This document shows, piece by piece, positions 44,501 through 52,641 of a DNA stretch of 64,000 nucleotides. This stretch comes from Victivallales bacterium (GTDB taxonomy: Bacteria; Verrucomicrobiota; Lentisphaeria; Oligosphaerales; Oligosphaeraceae): the NCBI GenBank assembly GCA_017554445.1, contig JAFZIJ010000077.1, positions 1,714 through 65,713 on the forward strand, in the 5' to 3' direction. The position numbers and the translations under genes were made by a program. The notes below the pieces were generated by a model that was not told where the DNA came from, searched no databases, and was given only the letters and a program-made list of their open reading frames with translations. Every line of letters begins with the position of its first letter. Within the stretch, counting starts at the first letter, position 1.

Positions 44501-45724
44501 AAAGTCACCATCAAGCTCTATGCCGATCGCATCGCCAAGGAGCGCCTCATCAGCGAATCCGTTGTCAACGGCATCGAAAACACAAATGTTCCCATCGCTT
44601 TGCCCTTCGCGCTTCCAACGGACAAGCTTGCTGGCCGTTATAAAATCATCGCCGTTGTAGATGCACAAGGTGATCTCGCACCAGAAAACAATATTGCAGA
44701 AAAAAACGTCAATTTCTTCTGTGACACGGCCTTGTACTCAATCTCCGGCGAACTTCTTGTTCCCGCCATCAAGGCCGATTCCAAACTGGAACCGTACGAA
44801 GCCTACATTGATTTCACAGTGGACGGTCCCCTGCCCTTCGCCATTGATCCATCCTCCATCCGTGTCATTTCTAAAGCCGACAGCAACGGCTCCGATTCAC
44901 GCAAGCCTTGTCTCCCCTATGTGGCCTTCGTGCCAGACAAAGACTACAACGGGAAAAAGCATGCCGCCGGAACTATCTACTTCTCATACGACGCTCATGC
45001 CAATCTGGCCCACACCTTCACCGTCGTCGCCAGCGATCAGAAATTCCTGCCGCAGGAAGGCTGCCATTTTGATAAAGGCGCCACGCCTGGAACAGGCCGT
45101 TTCAAATCCGATTCATACGTCGCAGTTTTTGGAAAAGCAACGCTTAACGAACTGCGTCCAGTCACAGTGGATGGCGAAGGCCCCAATTTCATCAAATCCA
45201 TCCATGTCTCTTCGCAGGAAACTGGCTGGGCCTCTGAAGAGAAAGCTGAACTCAAACGCTTTGACGTCCTTCTGAACACACCCGCCAAATGCGTCATTCT
45301 CGCAAGTCAGAAGTTGAAGAACGGAGCCACCTACGTGAAAACCTATACGTTCTATCCGGGCCGTTTCACCATTGAGGCCGATCTTGATAAACCGGCAGGA
45401 AGTCTCTTCAGCAGAGCCTTCTACGCCACGCCGGGCATCTATCTCGACGACAAGAATCACACCGTCGATATGGCGACGACGACGGACGGTGCCAACATCT
45501 CCGGCCAAAATCCGAATCCGAAGTGGTACGCCGTCCGCGGCAACGGCTGGGCGCACTCTTGCATCGCCCTCTCCGACTTCACAAACATCTCCTTCTGGGA
45601 TCCGACAGGCCAGATCGGTTTCGCGTCCAACAAGCTCACCGGTAACAAATTCGCCTATTTCATTTATCCAGAACAGAAGGACTTCTCCTTCGCGGAGAAC
45701 GACTACCAGCGGACACGGAAATAA
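41567..45724 (+). CDS. very large secreted multidomain protein, N-terminal CBM9-like module plus putative glycoside-hydrolase core
   Basis: Signal peptide MKKTVICLLLAFSFAATAQ. CBM9-like signature DWNEKYLILQIAVRDD...HDSIEFWI...FAIGVNDAD. The central TIM-barrel-like region is of unknown family. Total 1385 aa. Confidence 0.5.
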   Translation: MKKTVICLLLAFSFAATAQIFTFQNKALGVSFSTETGAFTVLDKRSDRVFVQPAKFLSAAPPSITATRSPNELTVIDVDYTMTGHANNITDDADCSFITRLDWNEKYLILQIAVRDDILAFPAPKANWWFHDSIEFWINKLQLAVYPAKQGDQTLLTFNTKAPMEKSSATTVIDTPGSYLVTVHLDWTEIGIEPKIGAQFRFAIGVNDADNMKGQRDGQLYYPSTWVHSDINTYANVTLSNKPLPVVEPLPPVDNARRIPNANGVIYTWRQPGQPDCVIRAELIEDRPELKITTTAVGGNIPLERNLPSIPGFILDAEEPVIACSDTTSGHIYPLSSKPFTWSPFGLGGDLPFIAITDLKTGEGYGILADTPDDAVVSMKATPLGAKSTTCIPQVAWMPTLKHFGKTPRVYRFVFVDKGGYVTVAKAFRAWAQKNGYLVTLRKKAWHNPNVNKLMGAADVWDGNNLEFCKLAKSYGIDKLLINGQFNANDMKQAASMGYLLGKYDVYTDIYNNKETITAASAPLPGHAVQKADGTIMKAWTTFDGSRTSWKRCTSLIPAAAQICMPPDLAQYPYEARFLDVTTSEGLYECYNPDHPMTRSDKRRYSEETAHYMANWQTGYLNLVTGGEHGKWWCAKDMHYVEGMQSGGHANYSWPAGHLKRPESKTHDPRNPDKPTNAFTTRYEVYGVGPKYRVPLWDLVFHDCITTTWYWGDSTDFLIKAAPEITPRKDAFNVLYASMPMYWMNKQGLWKNDRDAFLRSYFHATKVHEAIGMEEMTAHYFLNDDRTVQMTSFADGTDIIVNMDPIPQSVTLKGREYLLPCNGFAVDGPQIKQELVLDDDLFVSKIRTDNFFFSCKSTDLNPRMDGTTSVKDMLIVKADKPDMLHIVSIGEGKLPIDDAFLKRWDLKTTIVYELDDNGNRQNPFIGSLDLPHAGRYIALCGEAALKPDYIAIFDITSNTDDNPDSVTLLVANRGLASPKVTIKLYADRIAKERLISESVVNGIENTNVPIALPFALPTDKLAGRYKIIAVVDAQGDLAPENNIAEKNVNFFCDTALYSISGELLVPAIKADSKLEPYEAYIDFTVDGPLPFAIDPSSIRVISKADSNGSDSRKPCLPYVAFVPDKDYNGKKHAAGTIYFSYDAHANLAHTFTVVASDQKFLPQEGCHFDKGATPGTGRFKSDSYVAVFGKATLNELRPVTVDGEGPNFIKSIHVSSQETGWASEEKAELKRFDVLLNTPAKCVILASQKLKNGATYVKTYTFYPGRFTIEADLDKPAGSLFSRAFYATPGIYLDDKNHTVDMATTTDGANISGQNPNPKWYAVRGNGWAHSCIALSDFTNISFWDPTGQIGFASNKLTGNKFAYFIYPEQKDFSFAENDYQRTRK

Positions 45725-45737
45725 CAAGTCTCTTCGA

Positions 45738-45773
45738 CTAGACATCTGGAAGCCATAAATTCCAGATGTCTAG
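45738..45773. terminator. bidirectional terminator hairpin
   Basis: 13-bp perfect stem ctagacatctgga / tccagatgtctag with a 10-nt loop, between convergent genes. Confidence 0.7.
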
Positions 45774-45787
45774 CGGACTAATCAACT

Positions 45788-46951
45788 TTATACCATAATA
45801 TATTCCACCAGCCGAGCTTCGTGGATAGTCGGCAGAACTAGATGGCGGCGCATGCGCGTCACGGCTTCTTCGGGAACGACCGCGACACGATTACGATTTC
45901 GGCGATATTGCTCGTCAACCGATGTTTCCAGATAGACGATGTGGACAGAGGCGCCGTAGCGCATGAACATGCTCAGCTGACGGTTGCGGATATCCGTCGT
46001 AATATTCGTCGCATTCCACAAAAATGGCGTGTGGCTGCGCAAAAAATCACGTGCGCGGCTGTAGGCCAATGACACGACAGGCTCCTGCGGTTCAGTCGGC
46101 AAGACATGGATTTCCTTGCGGATTTCATCCAACGAAATCATCGGCAATTCCGGATGATTGCGGCCAATCCATGTGTCCTTTCCAGTACCCGGCAACCCCG
46201 CCATCATGACAATTTCTCCCCATGTGTCATCCGCCACGACGTCATCGGACGACCGACTTTTCCGCGACAAAAATGCGAAACGGCTTGTTTCATCAGCAAA
46301 TGGTGGCGGTTGATGAAGACATCCATCCCGTTCCGCCGCGTCCATGAAGCGTTTGCAGGCATCTTCGGTTTCGAGAGTATTGGCCACTGCTAGCCCCAGT
46401 ATTCCAAGCAGTCCCAATGTAAAATCATGAGCCAGAATTCCATTCGCCGCCAATGATTTCACCACAAAAGATATTTCAGCATCCCCTTGTTTCAGAACAT
46501 TTTGGAATGCCTGCGGCGTTTCATGGTGCTGCACAAGCAGGCTGACGGCTTCGCGGAAAGACAACATATCCATCGTTCCCGCCAATTTGTAGTCGGTCCA
46601 CAAAAGATATCGCGCTAGTTCCGCGCCGCGCAAATCATGGTTCGGTGAAATCCACTGTCGTTTAATCCTCTTCGTCGTCAACGTCTTGCCCACATCATGG
46701 AGGAAACAGGACAAAAGCACGATTTGGCGTTGACGGTCGTTCAGAGAACGGAATTCAGACAATCCGACCAACTTTTCGCAAGTTGCTTGCGCAGTCGCGA
46801 GAACATTGGCACTGACGGCGGCGGACACATCTCGTGTCCGCCGCATGTCCGCAAACAGCGCCGTCAATTCAGCTTCCCATGCCGTCCAGTCCATCCGCCA
46901 ATCCGGCAGATTTGGCATTGGCAACGGAATGTCCATTTTACTGTCTATCAT
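45788..46951 (-). CDS. HD-domain phosphohydrolase fused to P-loop kinase (AAA_33 / polynucleotide-kinase-like)
   Basis: HD motif CFLHDVGK, with a later HHE. The C-terminal P-loop is VMMAGLPGTGKDTW, followed by a kinase-like fold of about 150 aa (LWNATN, RNRNR lid-like segment). Confidence 0.6.
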   Translation of the reverse strand: MIDSKMDIPLPMPNLPDWRMDWTAWEAELTALFADMRRTRDVSAAVSANVLATAQATCEKLVGLSEFRSLNDRQRQIVLLSCFLHDVGKTLTTKRIKRQWISPNHDLRGAELARYLLWTDYKLAGTMDMLSFREAVSLLVQHHETPQAFQNVLKQGDAEISFVVKSLAANGILAHDFTLGLLGILGLAVANTLETEDACKRFMDAAERDGCLHQPPPFADETSRFAFLSRKSRSSDDVVADDTWGEIVMMAGLPGTGKDTWIGRNHPELPMISLDEIRKEIHVLPTEPQEPVVSLAYSRARDFLRSHTPFLWNATNITTDIRNRQLSMFMRYGASVHIVYLETSVDEQYRRNRNRVAVVPEEAVTRMRRHLVLPTIHEARLVEYIMV

Positions 46952-46987
46952 ATTATGCTTTAAGCTTTTAGCTCCGCCAAAAGCGGT

Positions 46988-49675
46988 TCACCATTCCAAT
47001 AATCCATCGCCCTTCAACGAGACGATGAAAGCGCGGTGCTTTTCAATCCATTTCACGTCAATCGGTTTGCCTTGCCATTTCACTTGTTCGGGCTTCTGTT
47101 CCAATCCTGAAACCAGTACGTCTGTCTCCTTTGAAGGCCACAAATCCAGTTCGACGCCATTGTCGCCATGCGGTTTGATGCCACCCAGAGCATGCGCCAC
47201 AACTCCAGGCTTCACCATCTGCTTGGCGACGACTGGTGTCTCGCCAAATGCCTGCGGCATATACAGTTCCACAGAACCTGGATTGATGGCGGGACCACCT
47301 TTGCCACGCGTTTTCAAGACAAAGCTGTCCGGCAGGAGACCACACTTTTCCGGCTTGTCGTTGTCTCGTTCTTGACAAGTAAACTGCAAGCCCGTAATCG
47401 TGATGCCATCCGCAATCTTCCGTAAAGCTTTATCATGGGCTTCATTCCACTGGAAGGCATTGACGTACCGATACAACGAATTGCGATAGACAAGCCCGCA
47501 CCACTGGACGGGAAGCCCGATCCAGAACGGCGCAACCCACGCCGTCGACCCCAAAACCGCAATCGTCCCGTAAACGCCATCCTTGTGCAAATACGGCACA
47601 GGCGTCTCGAAATAAATGAACGGGAAGCCCGTCAGCATCCAGTATTCAGCCCGCATCAGGTACTTACGGTTGCCTGTCAGGCAGTATGCCGTCGTGCACA
47701 AATCAAGCATGTACGCAGCGCCGAGGATGTCAGGCGTGTGCAACGGAATCTCCCACGTCTGGGCGCCGCGCGGCACATCGCCATGATATAAATCCAACAC
47801 CTTGTCAACGACCGTCAGAAACTTCTTACGATATTCCGGATTGCCTGAAGCCATCGCATAGCGGGCGGCCGTCAGCAGTCGGTTGGCCGTCAGACCGTTG
47901 GCGTGATCCGTCCAATGCGTGGATCCGTAATCAAGCGCAGGAGGCTGCGGTGCGACGTATTTTGAACTGCCATCTTCGCGAATACCGTCAAGTTGTCCGT
48001 TTGCCGATTGCTCAATAACATTCAGCCAAGTTTCCGCGTAATTCGCATAAAGGAAACCGAAAAGATTGTCATAACCGTGTGACACACTCGTGCCGTAGTC
48101 GCCTTTCGGGAATGTAGGAAGCGTCTCCGCAATGCAGTCGCGCAGACGTTTCGCCAGCTTGGCGTCCGTCGTCTTGCAGGCGATGTAGTCCATCAGCAAA
48201 ATGGCGTCGAATACACGCTTTGCCGGAAAAACATTACCCGTGTAATAGGCATGGCACCATTCTTTTCCAACATGCGCAGATGAATCCAGCCAGCCCTGCG
48301 CCATCAGACTCAACGCCCCTTGGAAGCCGCCCTCGAATGTTGGCAGTGGCGGCAACGGATGACGGCTCATATAGTCCGCAATCGGCGTCGCCATGGAACC
48401 GTCCTCCATCGTGGGACTGCCGGCAAGCGTCATCTTCAACGACAAGCCTTTGCCAGCCTCAACAAGCATAGCCTTATAAACGTTGAAATCGTTCTCCAGA
48501 CGACCGTTCTGCATACCGGGCGCCCACAGGGCGAACAGATGGCCGCCGGACTTGAACTGGCGGTCCGGTGAATCGAAAACCGTCGCGGGAAACGACTTGT
48601 AGTCCCATGACAATGACAGCCAAGACTTTTTCAAAGAAATCGCCATCAGCGGGAATGTCAGTTTGTAATCATCGACCATCACGCGATTTGCGTCTTTCCC
48701 CCGAACATCCTTCTCATCGCTCGACGGTTCATCTACCAGATATTCTACCCCCGCCAGCAATGCCTGGCTCTTGTGTTCCCCGAAGCTTCCCGCCCCAGGA
48801 AATAACGTCAAGAAAGGAACATGCAGAATTTCACGCGGCTTGTTCGGCACGAACGACGTCTCGACGTCGATGTTGCACCACCCGCTGCGACGGAACACAC
48901 GCGTCGCCGTCCATTCCGCGCCGCCCGGATCAGTGAACCGCGCCATCACGTTAAACGACTGGAACGACTGCCCCTCCGTGACGACCGTCTCCGCCTTCGA
49001 CAAATCGTATGTCCACGTTTTTCCGTCAATCAGGCATGCGAACTGCGATTTCGCATGGGAGGTCGCCATCATCTCGCCATTGACCATGACGACGAACGCA
49101 TCCCATTGGTTGCGCTTATGGCGGATTTCAATCTGCTTATCCGCAGCCAACACCATATCGTCATCGGAAGGTTTGAACGCTTCACCGAACTCGAAGGACG
49201 GAGTGAATTGGGCGACAAGCGGCCTGGCCGTGATGGTGGAAACCGTCATTTCACCCTCGCCGACGCACGGATCAATCCTCAGACGGCACTTTTCATCCTG
49301 CCGTGGAATGATGGTGGAGGCGGTCGTCCATTCGTTCCTCTTGTTATTGACGAGACGCTTTTCACGGCTTGCCGAGAAACCGTCGCCATAGAATAGTTCG
49401 AAACTGTCCGCAGTCGCCTTGAATTGGATGGTAATGACTATTTTGTTGTAATCGCCGTCAGGCAGCTTTGGAATCACAGGCCCTTCGATTATTGGGTCTT
49501 CGCCACCATTGCTCAAGACATAGAAGCCCTCCTGTCTGGCTTCCGTCTTCTCGACATGCTTGTTGCCATACCATCCGCAAGAATTACCATTGCGAAAATC
49601 GAACAGCATGACTTCACTCTGCGCGGAAACGATCGTCGCTGACATCACAGCCAACACCGCTAGCATCTGTCTCAT
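46988..49675 (-). CDS. large secreted hypothetical protein (putative carbohydrate-active enzyme)
   Basis: Signal peptide MRQMLAVLAVMSATIVSAQS. AAGGAG lies 7 nt before the ATG at 49675, and the track start at 49696 is a TTG. An N-terminal beta-sandwich-like region is followed by a large helical-repeat-like C-terminal region. Confidence 0.4.
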   Translation of the reverse strand: MRQMLAVLAVMSATIVSAQSEVMLFDFRNGNSCGWYGNKHVEKTEARQEGFYVLSNGGEDPIIEGPVIPKLPDGDYNKIVITIQFKATADSFELFYGDGFSASREKRLVNNKRNEWTTASTIIPRQDEKCRLRIDPCVGEGEMTVSTITARPLVAQFTPSFEFGEAFKPSDDDMVLAADKQIEIRHKRNQWDAFVVMVNGEMMATSHAKSQFACLIDGKTWTYDLSKAETVVTEGQSFQSFNVMARFTDPGGAEWTATRVFRRSGWCNIDVETSFVPNKPREILHVPFLTLFPGAGSFGEHKSQALLAGVEYLVDEPSSDEKDVRGKDANRVMVDDYKLTFPLMAISLKKSWLSLSWDYKSFPATVFDSPDRQFKSGGHLFALWAPGMQNGRLENDFNVYKAMLVEAGKGLSLKMTLAGSPTMEDGSMATPIADYMSRHPLPPLPTFEGGFQGALSLMAQGWLDSSAHVGKEWCHAYYTGNVFPAKRVFDAILLMDYIACKTTDAKLAKRLRDCIAETLPTFPKGDYGTSVSHGYDNLFGFLYANYAETWLNVIEQSANGQLDGIREDGSSKYVAPQPPALDYGSTHWTDHANGLTANRLLTAARYAMASGNPEYRKKFLTVVDKVLDLYHGDVPRGAQTWEIPLHTPDILGAAYMLDLCTTAYCLTGNRKYLMRAEYWMLTGFPFIYFETPVPYLHKDGVYGTIAVLGSTAWVAPFWIGLPVQWCGLVYRNSLYRYVNAFQWNEAHDKALRKIADGITITGLQFTCQERDNDKPEKCGLLPDSFVLKTRGKGGPAINPGSVELYMPQAFGETPVVAKQMVKPGVVAHALGGIKPHGDNGVELDLWPSKETDVLVSGLEQKPEQVKWQGKPIDVKWIEKHRAFIVSLKGDGLLEW

Positions 49676-49722
49676 GGCCATTCTCCTTATTTTCAAGATA
49701 TTACGACTACTTCAGATGTTTT

Positions 49723-50358
49723 TCAATCCTGCGGCACGCCAACGGGCATGCAGAGCGTCACGACCTTTCCTTCCGCAAGTTTCAGTGCGGGAGCGAGTTC
49801 GGCGTTGTTGAAACTACCACGAGCGCATGTGCCGAGCCCCATGGAGGCGCAGGCCAGATAGACGTTCTGCGCCGCGAAGCCCGTGTCCAGTTTCGCCCAT
49901 TCCATGATGTTCGGCCTCTTGTCACCGATGGCGGGAATCACATTCGTGTTGAAGACAAACACAATCGTCATCGGAGCATTCACGGCGAAGGCCTGTCGTT
50001 TCGCATCGCCGGTCTTGCCGCGCAAATCGTCATCGGAAATTTTCAGAAGTGCATGTTCCAACGGCTCATAGAGCCATGCGCCATCCGGACGGACCACATA
50101 CAGTTCCACGCCCTGCTTGTTCAAAGCGGACGGCGCCGTCCGCATGTTTGCACGGTTATATCCGAAGGCCGCCCATAACAAATCGCCAAGTTTCTGATCC
50201 GCAATGGGTTCTGCCTTGAATTTGCGCGTCGAATGACGTGCGCTCAACGCTTCCATTAACGGCATACCGCCAAATTTTGTCGGCGACGGCAACGTGATTT
50301 TGGTCTGCCCGAACGCCGCCAAACTGATCACTGCCAACAACGCGCATAAATTCTTCAT
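49723..50358 (-). CDS. nitroreductase / SagB-type dehydrogenase family protein with signal peptide
   Basis: MKNLCALLAVISLAAFGQ signal, then ALSARHSTRKF and LLWAAFGYNR nitroreductase-fold motifs. GGAGGA precedes the ATG at 50358. Confidence 0.65.
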   Translation of the reverse strand: MKNLCALLAVISLAAFGQTKITLPSPTKFGGMPLMEALSARHSTRKFKAEPIADQKLGDLLWAAFGYNRANMRTAPSALNKQGVELYVVRPDGAWLYEPLEHALLKISDDDLRGKTGDAKRQAFAVNAPMTIVFVFNTNVIPAIGDKRPNIMEWAKLDTGFAAQNVYLACASMGLGTCARGSFNNAELAPALKLAEGKVVTLCMPVGVPQD

Positions 50359-50397
50359 GATGTCCTCCATATGTATGTCATATTCACAATTGCATTA

Positions 50398-50432
50398 AGC
50401 CATCAGCCATCAGCCATAAGCCATAAGCATAA
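50398..50432. repeat. heptanucleotide tandem array (AGCCATC x2, AGCCATA x2, then degenerate units)
   Basis: agccatc agccatc agccata agccata agcataa, lying between the HAD gene stop and the nitroreductase start. Confidence 0.9.
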
Positions 50433-50437
50433 AGCCG

Positions 50438-51220
50438 CTAGGCTTTATAATTGGGGATGTCACCCACTCCGTCCAAAACATATGTCGGGCGGTAGCCAAA
50501 ACTCGTCATGCTCTGACGCGTTGTCACGCCGCTGAGGACGAGAACGGTCTCGAATTCTGATTCGATTCCCGCCAGAATGTCCGTGTCCATGCGGTCACCG
50601 ATGATGACTGTTTCGTCGGGCGTCGTGCCGAGCAGCCTCACGGCATGGCGCATCATCAGCGGATTCGGCTTGCCGAGAAAATAGGCGGTCTTGCCTGTCG
50701 CCAATTCGATTGGCTTTACGAGAGCGCCTGTGGCGGGAACGATGCCGCGTTCCGTCGGCCCCGTCAAATCCGGATTCGTGCCGATGAGCATCGCGCCACG
50801 TTGCACAAGGCCGACGGCATCTTCTATTTTTTCATAGCTATATGTGCGCGTCTCACCGATGACCACATAGTCCGGATCGACGTTGTTCATCGTCAGTCCC
50901 GCTTGATACAACGCCTGTATCAGGCCCGCCTCACCGATGACGAAAACGCTTCCGCCGGGCTTCTGCTGGGCCAGGAAACTCGCTGTCGATAAGGCACTTG
51001 TATAGAAATGCGACTCATCGACCTCCACACCGAGCCGCGCGAGTTTCTGGCTCAATTCGCGCGGCGAACGTTCACTGCTGTTCGTCAGAAAAAGGTATTT
51101 CTTATTGTTGTCCTTCAGCCAGTTGATGAATTCGAGCGCCCCTGGCAACAGATTGTTGCCGTGATAGATCACGCCGTCCATGTCGCTGATGAACGCCTTC
51201 TTATCCTTTAGCCTGTGCAT
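50438..51220 (-). CDS. HAD-IIA family hydrolase (NagD-like)
   Basis: Motif I FISDMDGVIYHG, motif II LTNSS, motif IV IIGDRMDTDI. RBS AAGGAGG. Confidence 0.8.
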   Translation of the reverse strand: MHRLKDKKAFISDMDGVIYHGNNLLPGALEFINWLKDNNKKYLFLTNSSERSPRELSQKLARLGVEVDESHFYTSALSTASFLAQQKPGGSVFVIGEAGLIQALYQAGLTMNNVDPDYVVIGETRTYSYEKIEDAVGLVQRGAMLIGTNPDLTGPTERGIVPATGALVKPIELATGKTAYFLGKPNPLMMRHAVRLLGTTPDETVIIGDRMDTDILAGIESEFETVLVLSGVTTRQSMTSFGYRPTYVLDGVGDIPNYKA

Positions 51221-51247
51221 ATCGCCTCCTTAGTTGCAGTCCATCCT

Positions 51248-52630
51248 CTAGCGAAGCAAATAACGGTTCGCAATCACGACACCGCTTAACAGTGAACCGA
51301 CAATTCCCAAATAGCCCTGATCGGTCCCGCAGATATACAAATTGGGAATCGCGGTCCGGCCGTCTTTCCGTTTTTCCGTCGAACCGTAAATCGAACCACC
51401 AACGCGGCCCGTATATCGTTCCAACGTCAGCGGCGTGAACATTTCACGCCGCGTGACATGCGCGTTGAATCCCGCAAAGGCCTGCTCCAGAAACACCTGC
51501 TGACAATCCATGACGCGTTCCTTTTCATCACGGTAATCGTTCTTGTCCAGGCGCTTCCAATAATCATAGCTTGCCAGGTGGGACATGCGGACAACTGAAA
51601 CACCGTCCGTCTCATGAACGCCTGTGAAATTGCTTGGAATGCATAGGACGCAGCTTCGCATATCAACGGAATTTTCCGTCGGCGGACGATAGCTGAAACA
51701 ATCCGATGAATTGACGAACGCGATGCTGTCCGTCATGCCAAGCTCCGCGGCAGGCCTGTTCAATTCGAACAACGTCTCCGTATAGGCGAGTTCGCCACGC
51801 GCAGGCAACTTGTCCATCGGAGACGACAGCAACGCCATCGTCTCTGGATATCCCGCACAGGAAACGACGTTTTTCACGGCAATTTCTTCGCCGTCTTCCA
51901 ACGTCACACTTTTCACCCAACCATTTTCCATGTGTATGGATTGCACGGACTTGACAAGACTCAGCTCACCGCCATTCTCTTGCAGACGACGCGTGAAAAC
52001 ATTTATGAACGGCTCCATGCCATCCGCGGGACGGCTCAGCCCTTCGAAGAAGATGCTTCTGAACACGATGCAAAACTGATGGAAGTCCATGTCGTCAAGC
52101 CACGAACTGCCGTAGAACATCACGGGACAGAGCAGCATGTCACACAATCTTGCATCATCAATATATGATGCAAGCACTTTCCGTGCAGAGAGATAACCAA
52201 GAGACGGATTGAACGCGTCATCGTCTCGAATCGCCTGGCAGAGGCGGTCGAAACCATCCGCCGACTGCGGCGAAATTTCACGAACGCTACTGCGCAACGT
52301 CTCAAAATCGTTGTCAAAACACAATGTCGCGTCTGGAAATTTCACACTTGAACATTGCTGCGGACAAAGCTTCAGATCATCACGACGTACCTTCAGCTGG
52401 CGAAGCAACGTGTTTAGCGGAGCGGCATGATCGGCAGGATTCGACAGATTCGTCATCGCATGGAGGCCGACGTCATAGCAGCGATCGCCGCGGCGATAGT
52501 AGGAGTTCATACCGCCTGCATAGTGCTGGCGTTCAACGATCCGGACGCGCTTTCCATACTGGCTCAGACGTATGCCCGCCGCCAGTCCGGAAAGCCCTGC
52601 CCCGATGATGATGACGTCGTACGATTCCAT
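51248..52630 (-). CDS. FAD/NAD(P)-dependent oxidoreductase, phytoene-desaturase (CrtI)-like family
   Basis: Rossmann motif DVIIIGAGLSGLAAG...ERQHYAGG. Length and C-terminal pattern are typical of amine-oxidase/CrtI-like flavoproteins. Confidence 0.65.
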   Translation of the reverse strand: MESYDVIIIGAGLSGLAAGIRLSQYGKRVRIVERQHYAGGMNSYYRRGDRCYDVGLHAMTNLSNPADHAAPLNTLLRQLKVRRDDLKLCPQQCSSVKFPDATLCFDNDFETLRSSVREISPQSADGFDRLCQAIRDDDAFNPSLGYLSARKVLASYIDDARLCDMLLCPVMFYGSSWLDDMDFHQFCIVFRSIFFEGLSRPADGMEPFINVFTRRLQENGGELSLVKSVQSIHMENGWVKSVTLEDGEEIAVKNVVSCAGYPETMALLSSPMDKLPARGELAYTETLFELNRPAAELGMTDSIAFVNSSDCFSYRPPTENSVDMRSCVLCIPSNFTGVHETDGVSVVRMSHLASYDYWKRLDKNDYRDEKERVMDCQQVFLEQAFAGFNAHVTRREMFTPLTLERYTGRVGGSIYGSTEKRKDGRTAIPNLYICGTDQGYLGIVGSLLSGVVIANRYLLR

Positions 52631-52641
52631 GCAATAATATA

